64,000 bases of DNA from Candidatus Omnitrophota bacterium. GTDB taxonomy: Bacteria; Omnitrophota; Omnitrophia; Omnitrophales; Aquincolibacteriaceae. Each line of letters opens with the position of its first letter. Position 1 is the stretch's first letter. The stretch spans positions 34,211 through 98,210 of the forward strand of contig JAFGHI010000038.1 in the NCBI GenBank assembly GCA_016930235.1. Reading direction: 5' to 3'. The notes under the pieces were generated by a model. That model had not been told where the DNA came from. It made no database searches and was given only the letters and a program-made list of their open reading frames with translations. Both the position numbers and the translations under genes were made by a program. Of this stretch, positions 1 to 12,000 are shown one piece after another.

Positions 1-3000
1 AATCGTATTCCTGTTTCATTTGATTTAAGACATGCTCCGTCCAGAAAGAAACACCGCCCATCATGATGCTGGTCCTGAAATCCCTCTCGAGCCTGTCGAC
101 AACCTGGACAGCGGATTCCAGCTGCGCACGCAACTGATTCGCTTCGGTGCGGATTTCATCTAAGGTCGCATCCTCTCGGATGAGCCCTTCTCCAACAGCC
201 TTCGCCCGATTCGTCTGCCTTACCGCCTGATCCTTTGCAGTATCCAAAACCGAATCCAAAAGGCCCAGATCCTCACGCCAATCAAGGACATCCAGCATGG
301 ATTGACCGAGCATCGCAAAACCTTCTCTCTCGGCAATTTCTTCGAGAGGAATGTCATAACGACCGTTGGAATCCTTAGCCAGAAAATCACCATAGTAATT
401 TTGGATGGTTCCAGGTTCGGAAGGATTTCTCCGGCCTTCTGCAAGGACAAGATGAATAAGTTCAAGATACCCTTTATAGTCATCATAATCGAAATATTGC
501 TCGCGGCTCCTGCGGACCGAATCGTGAGCAGCAACGATATACTGCATCTCCGGTTCATCGATATGTCCGCGTTCCAAGCCCAAGGCTTCCCGGACCTGAT
601 TGACCGATTCGGTTAATTCATAAACGGCTTCTTCTCGATCCCGCGTCGATACTCCGGAATAATTCACCACCCCAACAAAAGACTGCGTCCGTACATCAAA
701 AACCATCTTTTCGACATCATTAACATTCTGAAGGAAGAAATCTTTATTGAGCCGCGGCTTGAGTTCGCCTTCAACATCCACGGAACCCGTTAACAGCCCC
801 TGAGCTAAATGGGGAATTTTCTGAAGCGCAAGCGTCGTCCAAACATACCAGTAACCGTAATAAGTCCCTTCATCCAATCGGATACCAAGGATTTGGTTTA
901 ATCGGGCAAGCTCAGCGATACTTTCAGCATCTGTCTTGCCTTCCAGTTCACTCGCAGCTTGCGCCGCTTCGAGTTGGATGGTTTCCAGCTGCTTTTGCAC
1001 AACACCTTTCGCTTCGTCGTAAACCCTCGGATATTGGATGCCTAAAACATCTCGTACTTCCGGTAAAATCTGGTCGGTTTTCTGCTCAGTGACCTGACCT
1101 TCAAAAGGAGACCCTTCCTCAAGCAAACTCATCAGTTCGCGTTCCGCGGTATCGGCCCCTTCCATTCCCGCGGAAACATCCTTCGCCATTTCATAGAGAA
1201 GTCTTCCAGGCTCCCACAAATAAGAATGGAAAAGGTTACTCTCAAATAATTTCAAGCCTAGGCTGTCTAATGGCGCCAGACTTTGGAAAGTATTTCGTCC
1301 TTCACCATATTGAAGGACATCGGTTAGATTGGCAAACGCTGTTGTCGGCGCACCGACAACAACTTTTTCTCTAATATCACTTTCACGGGCCTTTATCTCC
1401 GCAAGACGGCTTTGGCTTTCCTGCGGGAGTTCTTCGAGTGTCCGTAATGCAGGCTCGCCGATCCCCTCCGCCGTTAGCTTTCTGGAAGCCACTCGTTTCA
1501 TTTCTTTCATGAAGGGAGTTTCCTCAGCCTGACGATCACGATAAAGAGAAGGACGTAACTGTTCCGGTATTTCCACCCCCAAGGTCTCCAAACGCCTCAT
1601 GAACCGTGCATAAGCCACCAGATAATCAACCATTGCCGCACGGTAGCGGACATCAAGATCGAAGGTAGAATTGATGATGTTCTGAATATCGAAAGCGGAA
1701 ATTTTCTGGGCAAGTAATTTTTCCTGTAAGTTGTTGACCTCAGCTTCAAGATTTTCACTCACGGATCGCTGCTGGAGCGTCGTCATTCTCTGGCGGGCAT
1801 GTTTTAAATCAGCCAGCAAGGTTTCAAGTTCTGCTTGCACCTGCATCCTAACTTGCGCACCTTGAGCGTTCAGCTGTTCTTCTGTAATCCTTAAGATTCC
1901 CCTCCGTTGGTCGATCCCGTGTCCAAAAATCTGCCAAATCAGCGAAATTCCGAAGCGAACATCACCCGTAACAGGATGCGGAGCCTCGATATTCAGGTCA
2001 ATATTCGGCACCCATTTTTGATAAACAAGGGCCTCATCGGCAATCTTGATCCGGGCCAGCCGTTCCTGAATAAGCCGGGCCATTGTGTCACGGTCCCACT
2101 CGCCTTTGCCTTCCTGAACTAATCTTTCGAGCAGGTCATCTCCCAATTCAATGCTGTGGAATTCCCGAGGAACAAAAGCATTCACGTCCACGGGAAGTCC
2201 AGCCTGGCTGAGTAAATCATGTAAACCTTCCAGGGCGTTCTCCAAATCGCGCGCCGAGCGAATAAGCTCATTTTCTGCCCGGCGGAGATTCATTCGCCCA
2301 AAATAAACGCCGTCATATCCCCACTGCTGAAGCGAAGAGGCCAATTCTACCGTATCCAAAAGACTCTGAGCTTGTTGATCGCGTGTGCTCAGCAACTCAT
2401 AAACTGCCTTGGCAATTCCGTAACGGGCATAAGCAGTCAAGACCTGTTCACGATGCCCCTTAACCACAGCTTCCTGTTCAATCCCGATTTCCTGCTCCAC
2501 TTGAATCGCTTGACGTTCTGCAGTCTTAAAGAAACTGGCATTTAAAAGCGGGATCGAGAGTTTCAGCGAGGGACGGACATGTTCTCCCCTTTCCGTCAAA
2601 GCAAGCTGAGGAAGTCCGCCGCTTCTGCGCGCAAAAACTTCTGCTTCCGTGTAAGTCGAAAAAGGCAATTCCAATCCACGCTGATACCCTTCAATATTGC
2701 TGACACTTGCATGTACAATTCTTGCATGCTCATTACGTAAACGCCCTTTGACGAGCGCATAAAATCCATCGAGATCCCCCCGGGCCCTGGCGGCGTTGAC
2801 ACTGTCACGAGGCTGAAAATCACGTTCAACCCGCTGTTCAAGATCCAAACTTGATTCCATTCCTAATTTGGCCATCCGGGCCTTTAAGAATGCCAACCGG
2901 TAACCGCTAGCCGCCATATCATCCAGTGTTTGAAGGACAGCATTCTTGGCCCGCGTAACGTCTGCCGTCCTAACGGATCCAAGGACAAAAAGATCCTCGA

Positions 3001-6000
3001 GACGATCCACTTCATCTTGCTGAACTCCCAGAAACTCTTCGGCCAATCGATACTGTGCATAGGTCGTCTCATAGAGATTCTGAATAAGACGCTGCTGTTG
3101 ATGTTGCACGGCCCGCTGACGATCAAGTTGAAGGAAAAACTGATCAACCTCATTTTCAAGGAGCCGGATTTGATTTCTCCTGTCTTGGAGATACCGGTTG
3201 GCCCCGCTGAGTTCATTAATAAGAGGGATAAATTTAAGAATTTCCGCCTTGATATTTTCCGGAATATCAAAACCAAAAAGAAATCCCAGACCGCTTACAC
3301 CATGCATCGAACTATTCATCCAATTATCAAAGCCAAACTTGATTTTCCACGGCTCTCCGGCCTTCACTTCGGAGATCCTTGCCTGAAGCATTTGGGCTTG
3401 CAAAAGAAGCAGGTCGCTTTGCGCGAAAGGATAGACATCACCGCTTAAGATATGATTGAGTTCTTCAAAGACTTCGCGTATTTTTCTTTGTTTGGCATTA
3501 AATTTCTCACCGTCCGCTCGGGCGTATTCCTGGCGGAGGACGTCTAACGTCATCAAGAGCCTCAGAATAAAGTCGGGAGTTTTGACACCCGCTTCAAGAC
3601 TCATCACACCATCTTCTTCGGTTAACTTTCGAACATCGTCCAGCAAATCATCAACGCGAGCATCAGCATCTTCCTGAATACGATTATTGATTGCCCCAAT
3701 CTTATTACGGATCATCATCTCAAGGATTCGATCGCGAACTTGGTCGGCTTCACGATGGGAAGGATTTTTAGTAAGGACAAGGCGGGCGGTCGATAAGGCA
3801 TCTTCATATTCACCTTCCCCTTCCAGGGAACGCGCACGCTCCATCAAGGCCCCCTGCAGGGCATCACTTTGAGGATACTGCTTCAGCCCACGGCTTAAAA
3901 TTCCGACTGCGGCCTTATCTGTAGATGCTCTGGAGGCCTGATCCATAACAGCTTGTATCTCCTGTCCCGAAGCCCGTAAAGTCTCGACTTGCTCAACCGT
4001 TTTTTGGACATTCGCTATTTCTTCCTGTTCTCGCCTCTTCGCAATGAGGGAATCAACCGTAGTATCGTATCTTTTAACAGCCTTTTTGGCCGCTTCCACT
4101 TTTGCATGGTTACTAAAAGCATCGGGAATATGATCCAGCAACCTCTCGATTTGAAGCACAATCTCCCTCATTTCGGAGGGGTCGGCTTTTTTTTCTTCCA
4201 TATAAGAAAAATTTTCTTGCAGCGCCTGGATCCTGAGGATATCCGCGCGTCCACGGGCATCATCATTCACATATCGAACCTCGTTGATCACTGACAGGAC
4301 ATTCTGGAAATCTTGATCTTTCGTTAACCCGCGGGTAATCATCAATTCTGCCAGCCGCCAATGAGCTTCATTGGATATTTGGATAAAATCCCAATTCATC
4401 TCCAAATAAGGCTTGAGCCCCCCTAAAATATTACGATTGAATTTTTCAAAATCCCGCATCCGCCAATCGGAATCACTTTCCTTAAGCCGGATCACGTCAA
4501 GCGCTTGCTCAAGCCCATCCCGGGGAGTCAATCCCAGCTCGGAATAAATCTTTTCAAACATCACGTTTTCCACAACGGTCAGATTCTGTCGGGCCTTTTC
4601 CTGGGCTTCCCCCTCCGAGGCAACAAGAAGCTGTTGATAGCCACGGTAAAGCGCGCCTAAATCCTCGGCCGTCATCGATCGAAGACCCCGCCTCTGCATT
4701 TTCTCCAGGCGGTCTTCCAAAACGATGCGCTGCGCCTCGAGCGTTTCCGCCAACCCCACCTCTTCATTTTCCGATGAGACAACCATCTTGCGAAGCATCC
4801 GATAGGACTCGAGCCATCCTTCTTCCGAGCGGTTAAGCTGCAAGACCAGATCTTTGAGACCGGCCAATTCATAAAGTTGTCCCAATTGCTTTTCATCCAT
4901 GGATTCCTGAAGCTCCAAAAGATCAGATATGCTTTGCGCTTGCACTTGAAGAACCGGTTGGAGATTCTTCTCTAACTGCTGAATCCGGCTCACCGCGATT
5001 TGACGGGTATTTGCAATCACACTTTGAGCCACATTAAGATTTTCCTCGGCCGACTCGGTACGCAAATAGTCACTTCTTTTTTCGTAATCCCATTGAAAAA
5101 GGAAGTCCATGACATCCCTAAAATCAACTTTATCGCGAATTGTCACAAGGACGCGGGCCCATTCGTTCTGCATCCGCGCAAGTTCCGCTCCGACCTGCAC
5201 CTTTCCATAAGGACTATCGGCCAGCTGAAAAAGACCTCTTAATTCAACCACAGCCGACTCGTAATCCGCTGTGGACAGATAACTTCTCTCGTGGATATCC
5301 TGCAGACGTTTCTGAACGAACGCCCGGTTCATCGGCGAGAATTGCTCCGCAAGATCCGCATCAAGGCTTCTTGTGATCGAGGCTTTGGCGCGCAGGAGAT
5401 TCTCCGTTGTTCGATTCGCCTCGACTTGCAGGTAGTCAAGCCAAATATTGCCGCTTTGTTTGAATAGATCCAAGGACGCTTGAACCTCAATCGCATCATC
5501 GAGAAGCCGCAGGGCTTCAGAATAATACCCTTGCTCGGCTTGGCGGAGTCCATCGGATCGGAACCGCTTCGCTAATTCGAGCCGGGCCGTTCTTTCTTCC
5601 CGGGAATGCTGCGTCCATTGATCGAGGAATTCCTGAGCTACTTCACGGGCCTCTTCAGTCCCAATCTCAAAAAGACCTGTCACAACGAGTTTTGCCTGAT
5701 TCAAATGTTCGCGCGCCAGGTTTAATCCTTCGGGCGTTGTAAGGTTAGCGTTATAAGCAATGCCGACATGCTGCACAAATTGATGCTGGCGGATATAAAC
5801 ATTGTCGGGATACTTCTGGGCCAATAAAGCGAATTCCTGGATCTGACGGCCCTCATCCTTGATTTTCTTGATCCTCTCAACCTCCCGGTTGATTTCATAA
5901 ATTTCAGCCGACGGCTGCTCGACAATAGCATCGCGATAGACTTTTCTCATTTGATACAGACCTTGAAGAAGATGATCTTTCTCTTCGATTGTAATGCGGC

Positions 6001-9000
6001 GGGATTTTTGGATTTGAATTTCAAGGTCTTCCAATAAGGCACCAACTCTATTCAAGGCTTCTTCGCCCTCCACCTTAAGTCCCGTTACTTCTCCAGCTTC
6101 ATTAAATTCAAAATATTGGCTGTAAGCCTGCAAAACAGTCGTGGCATCAAAAGCTAACGCCGCATCAACATCAATTTCACCGGTTGTTTCGTCGCGAGCG
6201 AATTTCGCATCCGGGTTGAGTCCGATAAATGACTTCAAATCCACTTCCATCCCTTTACGGTCCGCGATCAGCCGCTCCAACTGATATTCTTTTTCGGCAA
6301 GCGAAATCCCCAAAGATTGCCTTTCGTCCGAATCTCTTGCCGTCCGAATCTGCTCGCCAATTACATCAACATCCCGCCTGACTTGCCGAATAACATTCTG
6401 GATTTCTCCGATCCTTACAAAATGCTCAGCAATATTCAGGTTCATAAGATCATCGGCATCTTCAAAACGGAGACTAGCTTCCTCGACACCCAATCTTAAC
6501 CGCTCTACACGCGCCGGACGCGCAGGGTCATAAACCACAATACTTAAAACGAGCGACCACGTGAGAATACCCTCATCGAAGAAATGACTTAATGAGCTTT
6601 CTGTCGATTTTGTAAGATTGAACACACCCCCGATCGACGCGTCCAGCTCAATCCCTCTCAAGAAGGCATTAATGAAATTCGCCTCGTTTCGATAACGCTG
6701 CTGGGCAGTCGCAAGACGCTCATGCAAGGGCTTGAGAACATGATTGGCCTTCGCCATCGCTGAAAGACTATCGACCGTTACCTCGATAGAACCCTCTTGT
6801 CCGGCCCCCGCCGTTCGGACCTTAAGCAGGCCTTCATCCTGAGCACGTTTATAAGCCGTTTGCGTCAGTTCCCGCTGGATAATTTCGGTTTCCGTTCTGC
6901 GATAATCATCAAGAATCCGGAAATATTGATTAATAACATCCAATCTTTTCTGAGGCTGCGCAACAGGATCGCCGAGAACTTCCTCTCGCCTACTCGCAGC
7001 TTTTTCAAGGGCCGCTTCTTGTAGTTTTAAAATACCTCCCGCATCAGTCAACATACGGTCATTTTTAACCGCTTCATCTGAAAAACGTTGAATGGCCCGT
7101 TCCATTTCAATGCGCGCGGTCATCCATTCACGGATCCTGATCTGATTCTCATCATATAAACGCTTACCAATCTTTGCGCGAATAACGGGTTCCAATCGAA
7201 AAATGGTTCCATAAGTATTCATCTCCGTTAAACGCGTGATATCGACAAAGAAATCGATGACGGCTTGGAATTCAACAAGGCCTCCCAAGATGCTTCGATC
7301 CAGCCCCGCTTCAGCACGGTCAAGCCGGCGCTGGATCGTCTTAATCTCGGCCATAAGCTTTCCATCGAGTCCAGCCGCCCGCCACATGGTTTTCAATCCT
7401 TCCAACGCCGTCGCTGCTCCGTTGTCGAGGATCTTATCCAGGTCCCCATCGTAAAGCATATCCAAATGACGTCTCAAATTCTGAGCGCGGTGCTCTTGAA
7501 CCATGATCTCATCATCCAGAATTTCCAATTGCTGTCTGAAGAAATTGGCCCTCTCGCGTGAAATTCGACCCGCCAAGAGCCGGTCCAACGCTTCGTCGGT
7601 CACAGCTGCCTGATATTGTTTAAGCTGCGAATTCAAGTCTTCCCTCTTTGCTTCCAGATCTTGGATGCGCACTTTTAAAGCCTGCATTTCTCTCAGGCCG
7701 TCGATGAAATCTCGTTCAACGTTCCTTTTGACCTGCCCCAAGAGTCTTTCGATATCCTGCTGAATCTTCAGCTGCTTTTCGGTCCTGCTTTGATTCGTGT
7801 CAAAAATAAGGATCCGACCCACCAAGGCAATTTGAAGAATGGGTTCGTAAAGGACATCTTCGACATCCACGCCGTCCACCATGGATTCAGCCGCAATCGC
7901 CTGCAAGATAGCAAATTCCTTTGAATTAAAAATATTTAAACCGCTTTCGTTGGCGCGGGCACGCATGTCATTCACTTTGTCCTTGATCTTGACCATTTGA
8001 TTGACGAGGGCAATCACATTCGCCTTCGAACTTGAGACGCCCACATCACGCAGCATCTTGGCAATTTCGGCATGGTCTAGCGCCAAGGTAGTCAAAAGTC
8101 CATTGGCCTGCCGCATAAAATCCTCATCGCTCGTCAGGAAATCATAGAACTCGGTTTCACTGGAAGCACCCACAAGTTCGCGAAAACGGCTATTGAGAAG
8201 ACCATCCACAAGATTAAAGAACGTACCCGCATGAACAGCTTCACGCTCAGGAAATTTCAAATAGGTTTCATTGCCCCTTAAGACGACCGAATCGGCATAA
8301 AATAGGAGCAGACCCTGCAGTTCTTCGTTCTTGTACAAAATCGTATTGAACAACTCGTTTTCGGCAAGCGTGAGGAAAGCTTGTTCTGAAGTTAAAAAGA
8401 CTAAATTATCAATCACTTCTCTCGACGAAATCGGTTCGGCTTCCACGCCACCAACGACAACGCCCGGCCCCCTCTCAGCTCTCCGCTGTTCTAAATCCGC
8501 GATTCTTTCCTCGGTCAATCCTTCCTGAATCACCTCAGCCAATAAAGGAATCTCCATCAAACGGGAAATTCCCTCGGCATAATCACCAATCGATATCTCA
8601 CGGATGGCGTACCCCTTCTCATTCAGGATTGGGACGACTTTCTCCCCTTGTTCATTGGTCCGTACTCTTTCAGCGAGGAAAATTGTAAAATCGACAACTC
8701 TAAGGTCCGCATTCTCGAAATACTGCCGGATGGACGAATCGGATGCAGGATCAATCTGAATCCCGCCCGTAATCGGATCCACTTTAAGTCCAAGGGCATC
8801 TTGCACATCAGGATCCGAAAGAAGGGATCCGATATTCTCGAACGTTTGCATCACATTATAGGTTTCTGCAACCAAGAAACGTTCCCCGTCGCGTTCTTCG
8901 ATGTCACGGCCAACTCTCGCCTCACGAAGTCCCATACGGTTCACCAAAGTAATCATGGAGGGCACATTCTCATTTAAGAAATAAGATGCATTAGGATTCG

Positions 9001-12000
9001 AAGGATCAAACGTAGCCGTTTCCGGATCAATCCCAAGAAATTCGATGGTCCTGGGATCCTGCATCATGGCCGCAAATCCGTGGGCCGCATCCATCAAATT
9101 ATAGGTAAAACTGAGATTCCCGATCGCTTTGGTCACCAACACATCCCCATCAGCCGTCGTTTGGAGATCTCCCGTCACCATGTAGCCAAGAAGAGAACCA
9201 AACCCACCGGGAAATTCATTCAAAATCGCTTGAATCCCAACATTCGAACTTTGAAACTTTCCATTCTCGAACGTAACCCCAAGCGCATCGCGAAAATCGC
9301 CCACAAGGATTCCGACGAGGTCTGAAAGCCTTTCGGAAGCATTCACCACGGTATTCGAGGAAAACCGGATCTCACCCGTCATTTCATCAAAGGTCGAAGC
9401 TCCCGGCAACATCATATTGACGATGCTTAAAATTGAACCGTCGGAAATGATCTGATTGACCTCTTCGAGTCCCGAAACCCACTGAAGATCCTGGTCGTTG
9501 TAAGAAATTTGAAGGATATGACGAAAAGCCGGGGATTCCACAAGATCAATGAGCGATTGAACCCTCTCGGCAAGATTAATCTCATTTCCTCCGGGATAAA
9601 TAAGTCGATTTGTCTCTTTCTCATAAATTCCATTACCCGCTAAAAGGTAGCCTTCCAGAAAACCCAGGAATCCGCCTTGAAATTGGTATCCCGATGGCAA
9701 TTGCAACGTACCAATGCCAAAATCGCCGAAAATCCTTCTTAATGTCTGACTGGTGATTTCCAATTGCCCGGTCGACGGATCAAGCACAAGGCCGATGGAG
9801 GATCGAATCTGAGGGTCCTCAAAAATATCCGCTACAAGATCAGCCATATTCTGGAGCTGTTCGGTCGCATTGACAACATCTCCCCCGGAAGGCCGGAGAA
9901 TAATTTCACCGCTTGTGACATTAATCTCCAACTCGCCTTTTGAGATGTGATCGAGATAACGAATGAGCCCAGCGCTATTTCCGAAGATGGCATCCAGCGC
10001 ACGCCCATTGGGCTGAGTCGTATCAAAACCAAGATCCTGCTCGATATTGAATTGGGCCCGGAAAGCATCAAATCCGGAATTGAGTAACGTGCTGAAAACT
10101 TGGGTTTGAGCACTGGGATTAAATCGAAAGAAAACATCCCCGGTCACATCATCAAAATAAAAATCCCCGCGGCCCGAAGCGAAATAGTTCAACCACATGG
10201 AATAGACAACCGCGGGATTGCCGAGACGATAATCAGCTTTCAACTCATCCCAGAGGCGGTCCAGTTTTTCCATGTCAGCGATAAACTTCAGAACAATATC
10301 TTTGTAGACAGTTTCAAGATCGGGACGTGATGGGTTTGCGACATCCAGCATGATGGCATTTTCAATGCTATCGATAACTTCCTGCAACTCCACTTCGCCA
10401 CGATTGCCCTCGGCGTTATACCGATAAGCATGATGAACAGCGGTCCCATTTTCTCCGACTTCACTCGTCAAAACATATTCATTCGTTTGCCCTGACTCCT
10501 CGATATCAAAGGCACTTGGCCCCTGGACCTCAATTGATGCGGGATGGGTATGAATCGAGAGCGAGGCTTTTTCAAGCAATTGGCGAACGGGGCCATACGT
10601 TTCGATTTCAACCGCCGATTCATTACCGCTCGAGAAGACAAGTACTTCACCATAAAGGACTGCTATCCCGATTTCATTGGGAAGCTGTTGTAACCGTTCA
10701 AGCTCTTGAGCGGTTGGCGCTTCGGATAAAACCACCGCAAGAGGTCGGTCCAGGGCAAGCAGAATTTCTGCATCCTCAAAATTGTATCTTTCCGCTGCTA
10801 AGCCGATTTGCTTTATCATCTCCTCGGAACGATAAATTCCGAGAGACGCTTCGAGGTTTGCTTGTATTTCGTCGTATCCTTCCCCGGCATCGATCGCCTT
10901 GGCATAATCGTTTAATAAACCCCGTATTTCGTCAGAAACCGTGGGAAGACGATCGATTCTAATTTCGTACTCGGTATAGCGTCTTTGATGATCAAAAATA
11001 TCCCGCGCTTTCCGGAGTTCTTCAAGCCGCCCCGGCGTTCCGTCATAGGACTCGACCGCTTTGCGGTAGGTTTCAAAACGCTTAACCAGCTCCGTTCGGC
11101 GGGACAACAGACCTCCTTCTTTCAGCAAATCTTCAATCTTCAAAAAGGCGGCCCGCGCTTCTTCGTAATATGTAATATCGTTCTCAAACGCGACGATAAG
11201 CCCTTCCACAAGATTCAACGGGGCGGACAACTGTTTCTCATCCATGCCTCCGACAATTTGAACCTGCTCACCGATTTGACCGAGAAGCCTCTCAAGATGC
11301 CCTTGATTGATCTCAAACCCGACTTCTTTTGCCCTAAGATAAAGGACAAGAGACGGCGCCAATTGTGCGTACGCGTGGCCGGCCAAAACAACCTGATTCA
11401 CCAAACGATTAAGCCCAGTTTCATCCCCTTCACGAACTGCCTGTTGGAACCGAGTCTGAACATCCTCCATCCAAGGAACTTCCAGGCCCAACGTTTCGAA
11501 ATTCCGGTTAGCCTCTTCGATAACATTCACTAAGGCAATGGCATTTTGTATGGACGATTGGACAGCATCCGGAGAAACACCTTCGGGCCCTTCGATGCCC
11601 CCAGTATCAATGGGAGGTCCCGTCACAATTTGAATATCATTTAGAAAATCCGCAAGATATTTGCCGTGAAAAGCCGGCGGGACATCCTCCTGAACGGCCC
11701 GGCGGATTCCTACCCATTCGCCGCGCGGCGTTCGTCCCATAAACATATCCGATATCGCCCAATTAATCTGAAGTGTTAACTGGAAACGCCGCTGCAAAAC
11801 TTCTTCATATCGCAACTTGGCCTTTCCTACTTCACCTTCATAAATAATATCTTCGATCACTCTCGCCTGGCTGGTCCCCAGGGATTCCATGAATTCCTGA
11901 ACGAACGTATCATCAGGTCCTCGGGGCCGGACCATCCCTGCCCCCAAAGCGACCATACCGCCGCCTTGAATCACGCTGCGAATTTCAAAAGGCGCCTCGG

